64,000 nt of DNA from Patescibacteria group bacterium (GCA_041645165.1 JBAZQN010000001.1:117971-181970); one strand, 5' to 3'. Numbered from the stretch's first letter, positions 28,986 to 40,119 are shown. Made by a program: numbers and translations. Notes: generated by a model not told the origin, from the sequence alone.

Positions 28986-30031
28986 CCATGCTCTATATAG
29001 GGTTTGCACAGCCTCATACCTCCATCGATGGCGTATATCTGCGCGGTTTGAGGGAGAATGGCATAGAAGTAATTGATTATTTTTTTCCGCAAAAATCGCT
29101 TGCGCGTTATTGGCAGATTTTATCAGCGTATTTTAAGCAGAGACACAGTGTTGATATCATCTGCGCCGGTTACGCAAGCCCGCACGTGGTAATCTGGCTC
29201 CGTCTGTGGTCGCGGAAAAAGATTGTTTATAATGCGCTTTGTTCGGAATATGAGAGGAAGATCATTTCACGGAATCTTGCGAGTACTCATTCTGTCAAAG
29301 CCATATATTATTGGCTTTTAGATATACTTGCATGTTGGTGTGCAGATTTGATAATGGTGGAAAGCGCACATCAGAAAGCCTTTTTTGAAAAAAAGTTCCA
29401 TGTGCCGGGAGGAAAGCTTATGGTCGCATGGACGGGCACCGATGATAAGAAGTTTCATTTTGATCCCCAGAGTAAGAAGTTTGATGATTTTACTGTGCTT
29501 TTCAGAGGGCGATTGCTGCCTGAAGCGGGAGGGGACATAGTGGTGAAGGCTGCGAAAATATTGGAAGGAAAAGGGATTAAGGTATTGATGCTTGCAAACG
29601 GCATTGAGCTGGAAAAGATTCAAAAGTTGATTCATGAGCTTCAGCCGCAGAATCTGGAATTAAAAACAGAATATTTGACAGAAGACGAGCTCATCGCCCT
29701 TATGTTGCGCTGCCATGTCAGCCTTGGGCAGCTGTCCTCTCATGAACGCCTTGAGCGGACTATCCCACATAAAGCGTATGAATCGCTTTGTCTGAGATTG
29801 CCGTATCTTACCGCGAGGAATCCGGCCATCATAGAAATTGTGAAGGAGGGCGAGACGTGCATAGCCTGCAATCCTGATGACCCTGAAGACCTCGCGGAAA
29901 AAATATTATGGTTTCGCGATCACCCGAAGGAGCGCGAGGAAATCGCCGAAAGGGGATACCGGCTCTATCATGAGCGCTTTACACCCCAAGCGCTTGCCGC
30001 TGCATTATTAAATGAACTGAAGAAGTTATAA
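28982..30031 (+). CDS. Glycosyltransferase family 4-like
   Basis: VLFRGRLLPEAG, RTIPHKAYESL. Confidence 0.85.
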   Translation: MTMLYIGFAQPHTSIDGVYLRGLRENGIEVIDYFFPQKSLARYWQILSAYFKQRHSVDIICAGYASPHVVIWLRLWSRKKIVYNALCSEYERKIISRNLASTHSVKAIYYWLLDILACWCADLIMVESAHQKAFFEKKFHVPGGKLMVAWTGTDDKKFHFDPQSKKFDDFTVLFRGRLLPEAGGDIVVKAAKILEGKGIKVLMLANGIELEKIQKLIHELQPQNLELKTEYLTEDELIALMLRCHVSLGQLSSHERLERTIPHKAYESLCLRLPYLTARNPAIIEIVKEGETCIACNPDDPEDLAEKILWFRDHPKEREEIAERGYRLYHERFTPQALAAALLNELKKL

Positions 30032-30098
30032 GCCTTGTCCGCCATTTGGCGCGATATGGCGTGTAAATTTTATAATAAGGCTAAAATAGCCCAAGAGG

Positions 30099-30126
30099 TT
30101 GACAAATTACAGGAATCTGGTAGTCT
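30099..30126 (+). promoter_or_regulatory. Putative sigma70 promoter
   Basis: TTGACA-16 nt-TAGTCT with a TGn extension, upstream of the Wzz-like gene. Confidence 0.5.
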
Positions 30127-30139
30127 GTATGGTTCTTTA

Positions 30140-30246
30140 CCCCGTTACAAGAACGTTATGGTTCTAAGACCTTAAATGAACGGCAATTCAGCCCGAAGGG
30201 GGATTCGGGTGAATACTGTAGAGGCCTTAAGCCAATTGTAACGGGG
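30140..30246. mobile_element. 107-bp MITE-like element, TTTA duplication
   Basis: TTTA-CCCCGTTACAA ... TTGTAACGGGG-TTTA; same ends as 17311-17387. Confidence 0.8.
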
Positions 30247-30268
30247 TTTACCGGATAACCGCATATTT

Positions 30269-31201
30269 ATGCCATCGATTACCCAATTCGTGTATAAACA
30301 CTGGGGAGGCATCGTCATTTTAAGCCTCATTGGCGCAGTTGCCGCGCTTGGGCTTAGCCTTCAGCAAACGCCCCTTTATGCCTCGTCTGCGCGCATTCTC
30401 GTGACGCAGAAGCAAACCAGCGGCATGGACGCCTACACTGCCGCGCGAGGATCCGAAAAACTCGCGCAGAATCTGACCACAATCATCGGCACCGCGTCAT
30501 TTTTTGAACGGGTGCTTGGAGCTGGCTTTTCCATTGTGAATGATTTTCCAAAGGACGAGGCAAGCAGGCGCAAAGCGTGGGGTGCGGTCGTTAAACCGTC
30601 TGTGGTGCCCAGCAGCAGCATACTTGCCATTACGGTCTACCATAAGAATCGGGAACAGGCGGAACGCATTCTTGTAGCCATCAACACCGTGCTCATTTCG
30701 CAAGGGACAGGGTATTTGGGCACGGGCGACACCGTGAATCTGCAGATAGTCGACGCGCCGCTAACCACTACCGCGCCGGTGAAACCGAATATCCCCATGA
30801 ACATGGCAGTGGGGCTCATCGCAGGATTCATCATCTCGCTCGGGTATTCATTTGTCCGGGAAGCAATCGCCCAGAGCATTACTTATCCTCTTACGCTCTC
30901 ACCAAACGCGAGTGCGGAATATACGCCGCTTCCCATAGGATACCTTGCCCCTAAGAAGAGAGAGGAAGTTTTACCGCCAGCGCCTCCTGCGAACCAAGAG
31001 TTGCGGATAAATCCTTATGTGGTGGGAATACCCGAGTCAGAGCCCTATCAAGAGACTATCGAAGAAGCGTCTCAATATATTCCTGAATCTTCACCAGCAG
31101 TGCCGCCCACTGCATCTCACGTCCACAGCATGCATGACCATGTAAAAGCGCCATTCGGCGGCAAGTATTATTTCCAAAACAAGTTTTTCTATTTGTCGTA
31201 A
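30269..31201 (+). CDS. Wzz/CpsC-like polysaccharide chain-length regulator
   Basis: TM-TPLYASSARILV ... PVKPN-TM architecture, Pro-rich tail. Confidence 0.8.
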   Translation: MPSITQFVYKHWGGIVILSLIGAVAALGLSLQQTPLYASSARILVTQKQTSGMDAYTAARGSEKLAQNLTTIIGTASFFERVLGAGFSIVNDFPKDEASRRKAWGAVVKPSVVPSSSILAITVYHKNREQAERILVAINTVLISQGTGYLGTGDTVNLQIVDAPLTTTAPVKPNIPMNMAVGLIAGFIISLGYSFVREAIAQSITYPLTLSPNASAEYTPLPIGYLAPKKREEVLPPAPPANQELRINPYVVGIPESEPYQETIEEASQYIPESSPAVPPTASHVHSMHDHVKAPFGGKYYFQNKFFYLS

Positions 31202-31210
31202 ATTGATAAT

Positions 31211-32374
31211 ATGATAGCGCACGGATTTGAGAATTTTGCGTCGGTGAGCGATCAGTGGGATCGCACGGCGCAAAAAAGCGAACGGAACATTGATAAACTC
31301 TTCGGTTCCTCTTCTTTTTTGAAGGTGTGGTATCGCACGAGTCTTCCGGCGGCGGAGCCTTACGTGTTATTCGACGACGATAGATCGCGCACTTGCGGTC
31401 TCCCGTTGGTATTATCACGGACCTCACGAGGTAAATTGCTGCTATCCGCTCCCACTACCACTGAAGACAACACCTGGTATGCGCCAGTGATCGGCGATGC
31501 GGACGAGGTATCTGGCATGCGTATTGCCGCTACTCTAGAAGAATCCAATGTTGGGGACGCTATTATACTGCAGCACGTTGACATGTCTCGCGTATTTTGG
31601 CGATCATTTATTCAGTATTTTCGATCAAGAAAATACGCCCTCGTGGTTTATCCCACTATACGAATAGGCAACATTAGCTTGGGCGAACAATGGGACGTAT
31701 ATTACCACAGTTTAAGAAGTGATCTTAAGCGATCATTGCGTAGAAAGGAGCAATATCTCACTAGCGAATTTGGGCCTCTTACGGTTTCTGTGGCCGAACG
31801 GAAAGAAGAGATAATCAATGCGTGTTATGAGGGTTTTGCCATTGAAACTATGGGATGGAAAGGATATGCGCACAGCGCCGTGTTGCAACAAGATCGCACG
31901 AAGCAGTATTTTTTTGATTTGGCTAAAACGGCGGCAGAGAAAGGTTCGATTGTCTTGGTTTCTCTCATCTGCGGCGGGTTCCCGGTGTCGTTTCATTTTA
32001 TGCTCCGACAAGGAAATGAAGCGTATTTTTTTAAAACGATGTATGACGAAAAATTCAGTTGCTATAGTGTGGGGCAGTTAGGTGTGTTGAAAACACTGGA
32101 ATTACTTCACCGGCGTGGAGTCAGAACATTGAATTTCTTCGGGCCGTACGTGCCCTGGCATGACCGCTGGAAGCCGTCATTCGTTACCCAGTATTCTAAA
32201 GTTGTCATTTCGAGGAGCGTCAACCGCACGTTTGCCGTGCTGCCGTATCGCGCGTACGCGATTATCAAGAAATCCACCTTCGCGTTTCGTTTGTTTGCGC
32301 AGATGCGAAAATTATATAATATCATGAAAATTTTGCGGGATACTTTCAAGGTGCTGGTACAACATTTACGATAG
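31211..32374 (+). CDS. GNAT acetyltransferase (CelD/BcsL-like)
   Basis: WDVYYHSLRSDLKRSLRRK, GWKG, KTMYDEKFSCYSVG. Confidence 0.75.
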   Translation: MIAHGFENFASVSDQWDRTAQKSERNIDKLFGSSSFLKVWYRTSLPAAEPYVLFDDDRSRTCGLPLVLSRTSRGKLLLSAPTTTEDNTWYAPVIGDADEVSGMRIAATLEESNVGDAIILQHVDMSRVFWRSFIQYFRSRKYALVVYPTIRIGNISLGEQWDVYYHSLRSDLKRSLRRKEQYLTSEFGPLTVSVAERKEEIINACYEGFAIETMGWKGYAHSAVLQQDRTKQYFFDLAKTAAEKGSIVLVSLICGGFPVSFHFMLRQGNEAYFFKTMYDEKFSCYSVGQLGVLKTLELLHRRGVRTLNFFGPYVPWHDRWKPSFVTQYSKVVISRSVNRTFAVLPYRAYAIIKKSTFAFRLFAQMRKLYNIMKILRDTFKVLVQHLR

Positions 32375-33523
32375 GCAAATTCTTCTAATAGCAGACCCCA
32401 TAATTTCCATATCGCTGGTGGATAAGTCCTGATGGATGGGGAGTACTAAGTGCTCGCGAAGAATTTTTTTAATAAATGGGGAAGAATCGCCAATTTCATA
32501 GGATCGGTGGTCGGGCCAGAAGACGCTTGTTTCAATACCTTGTTGGCGCAGTTTCGCGTTGATTTCATTGCATTTGCAACCTAGTATCATGAGATCGAGC
32601 GGGACCGTGTGAGCAGGCAGTGAAGAAAAAGCAATCGTAAGACCAGGAACCCCCTTAATGGACGCGGCGAGCGCGGTATAGTTTTCCCTGTGACGGTGTT
32701 TTATGTCTTCATAATCGAAGCGCGGAAGAAGATATTTTGATATCGCGGACATTCCCCAATCGGTTTTTGTCGCGTCAAATTCAAACCTTCCGCATTCAGT
32801 ATTTTTGATACCGATAGTTTTAAGAAACGCATTGAGGAGAGGGACGGCTCTTGTCCATGTCCAGGAGCCAAAAAGCGCAAAGGCACGGCTATTTTTGCTC
32901 GCTGCCATGCGTTTTAGGGAGAGCGCAGCCATTTGGCGCGCCGTGGAGTAATGCGATGGACGGCGTTGACGGGTTGCGGGAAATGGGAGGTCTGGGTTAT
33001 TCACCACCATCAATCCGCCGTGCGGGATGGGCACCGTTTTTCTTGGACAGAAAATTGCCGCGTCGCCTTTTGAGCCGAGCGGTTCGCCGTCTTCGTCGGC
33101 GCTTAAGAAACCTATCGCCACATCTTCGAACAAGTAAAGTCCGTTATTTTTGCAGACGTTGAGCGCGTCCCGCGTCAGTTGCGGGAAACCGAGGTAATGC
33201 GTCAGGTATAATATTTTTGTACGCGGCGATAATTTTGCTCGAACATCATTGAAATTCGGTGTAAAGTTTTCGTGCAGGTCATAAATGACAGGCACGAGGC
33301 CAGATGCGATTACCGCATCCACTTCAATGCCGCTGGTGAAGGCGGGCATGAGTACTTCATCTCCAGTTTTTAGGCCAAATATTTGAAGCGCTTCCCAGAT
33401 GCCGTTACGGGCGAAGTAATAATACCGCACGCGTTTTTGGTTCAGCGGAAAGGGCAGCAAGGAGGACGGTTGTGCCGGTTGTCTAAAATATGCAGGATGT
33501 AATGTGGGGAAAAGAGGAATCAT
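32366..33523 (-). CDS. DegT/DnrJ/EryC1/StrS-family PLP aminotransferase
   Basis: GDEVLMPAF, THYLGFPQ, FEDVA, FCPRKTVPIPHGG, LPIHQDL. Confidence 0.85.
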   Translation of the reverse strand: MIPLFPTLHPAYFRQPAQPSSLLPFPLNQKRVRYYYFARNGIWEALQIFGLKTGDEVLMPAFTSGIEVDAVIASGLVPVIYDLHENFTPNFNDVRAKLSPRTKILYLTHYLGFPQLTRDALNVCKNNGLYLFEDVAIGFLSADEDGEPLGSKGDAAIFCPRKTVPIPHGGLMVVNNPDLPFPATRQRRPSHYSTARQMAALSLKRMAASKNSRAFALFGSWTWTRAVPLLNAFLKTIGIKNTECGRFEFDATKTDWGMSAISKYLLPRFDYEDIKHRHRENYTALAASIKGVPGLTIAFSSLPAHTVPLDLMILGCKCNEINAKLRQQGIETSVFWPDHRSYEIGDSSPFIKKILREHLVLPIHQDLSTSDMEIMGSAIRRICLS

Positions 33524-33642
33524 ACGTTATGGGGAATAATCTAATAAAAAAGTTTACACGCAGATTAACGCAGATAACCGACCGCCATACGTTCGTACTA
33601 TTATCTTGAGGTACAGGGCGTATACGGTCGGACGCGGATTTA

Positions 33643-36552
33643 CTAGATATTATTTAAATTTCGTTCACGATGAACATATTTTTTCCATATATGTATTATG
33701 TCGTCAAGTATTCCCGAGACACGAACTTTGAACATCCATAATGGTTCATCAAATATCACGATACGCGGAATCTCGTAAGGGTCGTCGTGGCAGGATGCAG
33801 TGCGTTCTTCGATGGTGCAGGCAGCACGGAATCCAGCGGCCCGGAGGATCTCTCTGGTCAGGGTAGTAAAATCTTCTGATTTACCAAAAGGGTAGGCGAA
33901 TAAATCGATCGGCGCTTGGATCTGTCGCTCAAGCTCTTGTTTTGATTTAAGTATTTCTTGCGCTGCTTTATGTTCGTCCAGCTTCGAAAGACGTGGGTGA
34001 TCGTGCGTGTGCGCTCCAATTGCGGCCCAGGGTGATTGTTTCAGGATTTGCACATCGCCGCTGGTAATGGCGGGCGCCGCGGTGCAGCCGTGTGAATACA
34101 GAATTGTTCCATAATCGATGAAGCCCGTAGAAATAAAGAAGGTGGCCGGGATGCGCAAATTTGCAAGTATGGACAGGACATTTTGAGCCCAATCTTTTGT
34201 TCCGTCATCGAATGTCACCACTGCTGCACGCGCGGGAAACGGACGTTGATCTTGTATCGCTGTCGCAATTTTCGCAAGGGTAACGATTTGAAAATTTGTT
34301 GATAAGTATTCCATCTGACGTGTGTATGTCTCGAGTGAAATATCAAGATGTGCATCGGTTGGCTGGGTAGGGATGCGGTGATAGCAGATGATCCTTGCTC
34401 GTTGCGGAGTGAGTTTGGCATAAAGCCAGGAGACACCGGAATAGTAGACGCCAGCGAAGATAATAACGCGTAATATATTTTTTAATTCAGTCCGCAGCGC
34501 CGTGGCAGATAAGACGTGCACGCTTTGGGAGGCAAACTTTTTTGCCAGCCGCATAAAGTGAACAAGAATTTTGATTTTTTTAAGAATATTTTTGCACTTG
34601 GAGAGAGTTCGGATGTAATAAATATAGAGCGGCGAATCCGGTGCTGCTATAAATTCAAAGTTTTTTGTATCACTCTCCGCAAAACGGCGTTTATACGCCT
34701 CATCTCCTCGACCGAAATCATATATCGCAAACTCTCCGGATTGATAGAAAGAATTAATGATGGCGCGCATAAGTAAGAGCGACGGCGAGTAGATGTGGTA
34801 GGTAGGATCAAACGTTGTGAGGTACAATGACATCCTCATGGCAGTCGCGAAGTGCCACTGGATTGCGATTATCTCTTTATTCAATTGTAACGTAGCGCAG
34901 CGCACAATATCTGAGTTCGAGAACGCGTCAATGAGCGCATGCCAGAAACGGCGCAGGAGAGGATTCTGCATGGGTGAGGAAAAGGATGTTTGCCGGCAGC
35001 GTTTAGCCTGTAGTTCGCAAAAGAGATCAAAGAGCCAATGTTTTTCGGCATCGCCGTGATTAAGTGTAATTTTAATGTCTCCCAGTTTTTGCAGTTTCTT
35101 CATCTCTTGGTTCAAGTGTTTTTTTGAGAGCTGTCTGATTTTTTGTGCTGTATTCTCTAGTGTCGGCTGCGGGATGAACAATTGGAGATTCGTAGATCCT
35201 ATGTGCTGGCGGACAAAAGCCGGATGGCTTCGTATTTTATGCAAAAAAACGGAATTTTCTGGCAGTTCTTTAATCCGTACCATATCCCATTCAAATCGTG
35301 AATTTGCGATATAATTGCATATTAAGTCAAGCGCGTTCACACTTTCAGCAAGATGAGGAACATCTGCTATATCATTAAGCGGAGTTCCAATAAAAGAGAG
35401 CGTGCGCCGGATTTTGGGTAGCCAGCGTTGCGTGACTATCATGCCCGGGAAAAGCGCGCAAATATCATTTTTGTCGTTGACGGCCAGAAGCACAAATAAT
35501 TTTTTGTCATTTCCGAAATGTTCCCACCAGGTTTTTATCCAGCGAAACGTTTGGAATGCGCTGCCGGCGTTGCTTTGTACTACGCAATGATTCCAAGCGT
35601 CCTGCATTTGAGGTGTTATTGCGGAAAGATCAGTGATGCGCATGATGCGATAGCCATTTTGTGATGTGGAGTTTGCGAACACTGATGGAGCGGCTGGCGC
35701 GTGTTTCAGTTGGATGGTGTCCCATAGTCTGAGCCGGAGCTTTTGAAAACTGATCAAAGATGACAAAAAATGCCGCAAAGAAGAAGGAATGACACTTGCC
35801 ATTAACATGACGAGACGGTTGAGACACCCCAATACATAATGGGGATAGTGCGCACGATACCGGATTATCACTTTGAGTGTTTCCCGAAGCAATTGTTTTC
35901 GTTTCACAATGCTGACATTATTTCCATGCAAACGAAAGTAACAGAAAGTTGCCGGCAATATGCATAATTTTCCAAGCAATCCCAGTCTCAACCAGAATTC
36001 ATAGTCTTCCGTATAGGCGAGAGATTCATCGTACCCGCCTGCCTTTAGGGCATGAGCGCGGCGATAACAAACGGTGCTGTGAGGGATGATATTTTCAATC
36101 AGGAGTCGTTCGCGTATTCGTCTGTCGTCGTGCCACGGCACAGCACACCTGCGGACGATGCGCTGTGCCGTCTCATTGATCTCGGCCGCATGTCCAGCGA
36201 CAAGGACTATCTCAGGATCACGATCGAGGATATTAATTTGGCATAAAAGTTTTTCCTTATCATTCCACATATCGTCTCCGTCAAGGATGGCAATATATTC
36301 ACCTTGGGCGAGCGAAAGTCCATGGTTCAAATTTCGCGCTCTTCCAAGGCGCGTTTGATTTCGGACATAACTGATCCGGAGATCGTTTGCGGCAAGATCT
36401 TCTGCTACTGTTTCTGTGTTATCCGTTGAAGCATCATCGAGCACAATCGTTTCCCAATCGGGAAAGGATTGATCTTGGACGCTTCGTATCGCGTCAGCGA
36501 GAAACTGTCCTAAATTGCACGTTCTGATAATAATACTCACTTTTGGTTCCAT
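33643..36552 (-). CDS. GT2 glycosyltransferase + GNAT + polysaccharide deacetylase fusion
   Basis: VSIII..LDDAS..LDGDD..EDYEFW; YSPSLLL..YDFGRGDEAYK; CYHRI..TFDDG..GAHTHDHP..FAYPFG. Confidence 0.88.
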   Translation of the reverse strand: MEPKVSIIIRTCNLGQFLADAIRSVQDQSFPDWETIVLDDASTDNTETVAEDLAANDLRISYVRNQTRLGRARNLNHGLSLAQGEYIAILDGDDMWNDKEKLLCQINILDRDPEIVLVAGHAAEINETAQRIVRRCAVPWHDDRRIRERLLIENIIPHSTVCYRRAHALKAGGYDESLAYTEDYEFWLRLGLLGKLCILPATFCYFRLHGNNVSIVKRKQLLRETLKVIIRYRAHYPHYVLGCLNRLVMLMASVIPSSLRHFLSSLISFQKLRLRLWDTIQLKHAPAAPSVFANSTSQNGYRIMRITDLSAITPQMQDAWNHCVVQSNAGSAFQTFRWIKTWWEHFGNDKKLFVLLAVNDKNDICALFPGMIVTQRWLPKIRRTLSFIGTPLNDIADVPHLAESVNALDLICNYIANSRFEWDMVRIKELPENSVFLHKIRSHPAFVRQHIGSTNLQLFIPQPTLENTAQKIRQLSKKHLNQEMKKLQKLGDIKITLNHGDAEKHWLFDLFCELQAKRCRQTSFSSPMQNPLLRRFWHALIDAFSNSDIVRCATLQLNKEIIAIQWHFATAMRMSLYLTTFDPTYHIYSPSLLLMRAIINSFYQSGEFAIYDFGRGDEAYKRRFAESDTKNFEFIAAPDSPLYIYYIRTLSKCKNILKKIKILVHFMRLAKKFASQSVHVLSATALRTELKNILRVIIFAGVYYSGVSWLYAKLTPQRARIICYHRIPTQPTDAHLDISLETYTRQMEYLSTNFQIVTLAKIATAIQDQRPFPARAAVVTFDDGTKDWAQNVLSILANLRIPATFFISTGFIDYGTILYSHGCTAAPAITSGDVQILKQSPWAAIGAHTHDHPRLSKLDEHKAAQEILKSKQELERQIQAPIDLFAYPFGKSEDFTTLTREILRAAGFRAACTIEERTASCHDDPYEIPRIVIFDEPLWMFKVRVSGILDDIIHIWKKYVHRERNLNNI

Positions 36553-36555
36553 AGG

Positions 36556-38007
36556 TTATGCTGAGATACTAAGTTGATTAAGTAATCGTTGAGCTTCGTG
36601 TTTTTTCGCGTGTATCATGCCTGTCGTGCCGCCCATAAGCGCCCATAATAGCCAGTTTACTGGCGTGCTTCTTAAAATATTATCAGAGATGCTCATGATC
36701 AGGAAGGCGGTAATGGTAGCAGCAACTACTATGTATATTTTTTTATCCAGCAGAAAACGCGCCGTGCGGACTCCTTGTATGCACTGTATGAGATTGGCGA
36801 TGAAGAAGAGGAAATAACTCGCGGCGCCCAGGTATCCGGTTTCCAGCGCCAGGCGGAGATAGTCGTTATGCGCTTCGGTGCCGATGTCAGTGAGATAGCT
36901 TACCGTGCTCTCGCGCACCTGTGCATACATGGCCGGGCCATAGCCGAAGATCGGCATGCCGTGCAATTTTACTGATACTTCTTTCCAAGAGCGCAGGCGC
37001 CACATAAAGGAATCAGTTTCATCAGAAGGTGGGTGTAGCCGCTGGATGACTTGGCTGCGAGTCATGTCATAACCAGTAGCGGCGAAGATCATGTCGGAGA
37101 TATGGGGGAAAGCGAAAACGGTAAAGGCGATTAATGCTATTATAATTATTGTTTTCTTTACATGAAAGCAGAGAAAATAAGCGAGAAGAATAATGGCGAT
37201 GCCAATCCAGGCGCCTCGCGTGTAAGTAAGAAGCAGCAATATCCCCAGCGTGGCAAGGATGAGGGGATAAGGAAGACACGAAAGCCGGGACATTAATTTT
37301 TTATCAGATGGCGAGATGAGCGGATTTTGTCGTGATGCCAGGAAACTCAGGATCACCCAAGAGGAAATGGCAATGACGAGGGCGAAAGCAAACGAATTAG
37401 GGTGCACGTACGTACCCATAAGACGGTTCTGGATATCAACAGAAAGTCCGGTGCCGCGCGCGAGTTGTACGAGTCCTGCCGTAGCTGGTATGATAATGGC
37501 AGATGCGAGGACGCTGATGAGCGCGGTGTAACGCGGCATCGTTTTACAGAAATCGTAGGCAATTATAAAAATGCAGACGAGATTTACGAATTTAATAAGA
37601 TCTTGCGCGCTTTTTACCGGATCGAGGGAAGTAAACACGCTCGCGGTGCATATAAGGATAAAAATTGCAGGGAAGGCGAGATCGCGAGTCAGGAGAATTG
37701 GCCGGAATTGAAAAAAATACCACATACTCCATCCGATAAAAAATAGTCCGATGAGGCCGGCAAGATTAATGGTCATCCCTCCCAGACTGATCAAAGGCAC
37801 ATCGCTCATCACATCGGCGATATTGCGCAGGATGAGAAGCGCGAGGAAGGCATGATGGGGATATCGGAAAAGGAGAGGGGATATGCTCAAGAATAAAAGC
37901 ATGATAACGTATGGCATAATTGCGGGTGTGCGCAGGATAAAAAACGCTGTCGCAATTATGATTGCGGCGCAGAGAGGCAGAAAGATACTTAGTGTTTCTT
38001 TATTCAT
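36556..38007 (-). CDS. O-antigen ligase/polymerase (Wzy_C) family protein
   Basis: RLMGTYVHPNSFA, TYTRGAW, PIFGYG, AHNDYLRLALETG; start about 38007. Confidence 0.88.
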   Translation of the reverse strand: MNKETLSIFLPLCAAIIIATAFFILRTPAIMPYVIMLLFLSISPLLFRYPHHAFLALLILRNIADVMSDVPLISLGGMTINLAGLIGLFFIGWSMWYFFQFRPILLTRDLAFPAIFILICTASVFTSLDPVKSAQDLIKFVNLVCIFIIAYDFCKTMPRYTALISVLASAIIIPATAGLVQLARGTGLSVDIQNRLMGTYVHPNSFAFALVIAISSWVILSFLASRQNPLISPSDKKLMSRLSCLPYPLILATLGILLLLTYTRGAWIGIAIILLAYFLCFHVKKTIIIIALIAFTVFAFPHISDMIFAATGYDMTRSQVIQRLHPPSDETDSFMWRLRSWKEVSVKLHGMPIFGYGPAMYAQVRESTVSYLTDIGTEAHNDYLRLALETGYLGAASYFLFFIANLIQCIQGVRTARFLLDKKIYIVVAATITAFLIMSISDNILRSTPVNWLLWALMGGTTGMIHAKKHEAQRLLNQLSISA

Positions 38008-38074
38008 CGTTATCAGGTTAAATTGATTATTATAGAAGCCATTTATTAAAGCGTAAATTTTAAGTTTTGTCAAG

Positions 38075-39289
38075 ATGCGTATACTCCAAGTAAACAAATT
38101 TTATTTCGAACAAGGAGGGGCAGAACGCTACATGTTCGCGCTTTCATCCCTGCTTGAAACGCATGGACACGATGTCATTCCTTTTGCTATGGCTTCAGGA
38201 AGAGATAAGCAATATCCACTTAATAGATATTTTGTTTCTAAAATTATTACGGAACGACCACAAGGGGGGTGGGAAGGATTGCGCACCGTTGGGCGGGTAT
38301 TGTGGTCGAGAGAAGCGGCAACAAAGCTTGATGCGTTGCTTACGCACTATCCTATTGACATTGCGCATCTGCATAATATTTATCATCAGATTTCTCCTTC
38401 TATATTGCCGGTTTTAAAAAAACATGGTATACCGATTGTCATGACACTCCATGATTTTCATCTTGTATCACCGGCGTATAACTTATATGCACATGGGGGA
38501 TATTGCGAACATGCAAAAGGCAGCCGTTTTTTTAATTCCTTCATCCATCGTTGCGTGAAATCCTCTTACTTCGCCAGCGCAGTATGCGCGTTTGAGCTGT
38601 GGATTCATCATACCTTAAGGTTATATGAACGGTATGTGGATGCCTTTATTGTACCCAGTGAATTTATGGCGCGTACACTGCAAGAGTGGGGATTTCAGCC
38701 AAGGCGCCTTGAGGTTATTCCGAATTTTATTGACGCTAAAGAGTTTTTACCTACGCAGGACATCGGGGATGCTATGCTCTATGTAGGCAGGTTGTCGGAA
38801 GAAAAAGGTATACATATATTGCTCGAGTCAGTGAAACAGTTGCCAGATGTGTCATTCATTATTGCCGGAAGCGGTCCCTTGGAGCGCCTCGTGCGCGACT
38901 GTGCCGCAAATTGCCTGAATCTTCGTTTTCTGGGGCAGGTCCCGCACTGTGAGCTTGCCCGATTATATGTTCAAGCGAGGGCGGTAATAGTGCCTTCACT
39001 CGCGTGTGAAGTTTTCCCCATGGTGATTCTTGAAGCAGGAGCAGCTGGGAGGCCAGTCATCGCATTCGATAAAGGAGGTATCAATGAGATTATTGAGGAT
39101 GGTTATAATGGCAAATTGATATCGAACGAGCATGATAATGAGATGTTATTGTGTGCCATAAAGGAGATGGAGGAGAATATGGCACATTGCTTGCAGCTAG
39201 GCATAAATGCGAGGACTAAAATTAATAATCTTTTTAATACTAAATTTCATATTAATAAAATTATTAAACTCTATTCTTCATTATTATAG
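38075..39289 (+). CDS. Glycosyltransferase family 4
   Basis: GGAERY, HLHNIYHQISPS, VGRLSEEKG, EVFPMVILEA. Confidence 0.92.
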   Translation: MRILQVNKFYFEQGGAERYMFALSSLLETHGHDVIPFAMASGRDKQYPLNRYFVSKIITERPQGGWEGLRTVGRVLWSREAATKLDALLTHYPIDIAHLHNIYHQISPSILPVLKKHGIPIVMTLHDFHLVSPAYNLYAHGGYCEHAKGSRFFNSFIHRCVKSSYFASAVCAFELWIHHTLRLYERYVDAFIVPSEFMARTLQEWGFQPRRLEVIPNFIDAKEFLPTQDIGDAMLYVGRLSEEKGIHILLESVKQLPDVSFIIAGSGPLERLVRDCAANCLNLRFLGQVPHCELARLYVQARAVIVPSLACEVFPMVILEAGAAGRPVIAFDKGGINEIIEDGYNGKLISNEHDNEMLLCAIKEMEENMAHCLQLGINARTKINNLFNTKFHINKIIKLYSSLL

Positions 39290-39299
39290 TATTGATACT

Positions 39300-40103
39300 A
39301 TGAACTTTCATTCTCGTTTTGTCTTATATAATTTAGAAAAAAAGCTGTCTGATCAGTTACGTACTATCTCATCTGAGGGTCGTGAACAAATGTATGCAAA
39401 AGTATATCGCGGTTTTTTTGACATGGCGAAACAAATTGAAGGATGGGAGGGAGATGCAGAGATAAAGGAAAATGCAGCTAAAGAATTACAAAAATTAAAT
39501 CTATTGAGACACCTTGTGCATCCAAACACAACATTCATTGAATTTGGTGCGGGTGATTGTGCACTCGCATTGGCGGTAGCTCGATTTGCAGGATATGTTT
39601 ATGCCACTGAGACGACCAATATGCTACCCAATAATGTAGCTCTTCCTTCAAATTTTGAGCTCATACTTGTGCCATTACAAGAAAATTTATTAAAACGGGA
39701 GAGTATGGATCTCGCATACAGCAATCAATTCATTGAGCACCTTCATCCTGATGATGCAAAGGAGCATATAAAAAAGGTATATTTATTGTTGCGTATGGGC
39801 GGGAGATATCTTTGCATGACCCCCAATAAACTGACAGGGCCTCATGATATTTCTCGATACTTTACATCGACGCCAACCGGATTTCATTTAAAAGAATATT
39901 CATTTAAAGAGCTTATAAAATTATTTAGAGATAACGGATTCAGTGAACTAATTACCTACATAGGAGGAAAGGGATATTATATGCGTTGTAATATCAATGT
40001 AGTACTTTTTATTGAGCGATTGTTTAGTAAGTTGCCGTTAAAGATACGTCAGAATTTTCCATTAGGGGGAGTTCTTAATGTAAGGATTATGGGAGTTAAG
40101 TAA
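39300..40103 (+). CDS. Class I SAM-dependent methyltransferase
   Basis: IEFGAGDC, YSNQFIEHLHPDD. Confidence 0.85.
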   Translation: MNFHSRFVLYNLEKKLSDQLRTISSEGREQMYAKVYRGFFDMAKQIEGWEGDAEIKENAAKELQKLNLLRHLVHPNTTFIEFGAGDCALALAVARFAGYVYATETTNMLPNNVALPSNFELILVPLQENLLKRESMDLAYSNQFIEHLHPDDAKEHIKKVYLLLRMGGRYLCMTPNKLTGPHDISRYFTSTPTGFHLKEYSFKELIKLFRDNGFSELITYIGGKGYYMRCNINVVLFIERLFSKLPLKIRQNFPLGGVLNVRIMGVK

Positions 40104-40119
40104 TAAATAGTGTTTTAAT

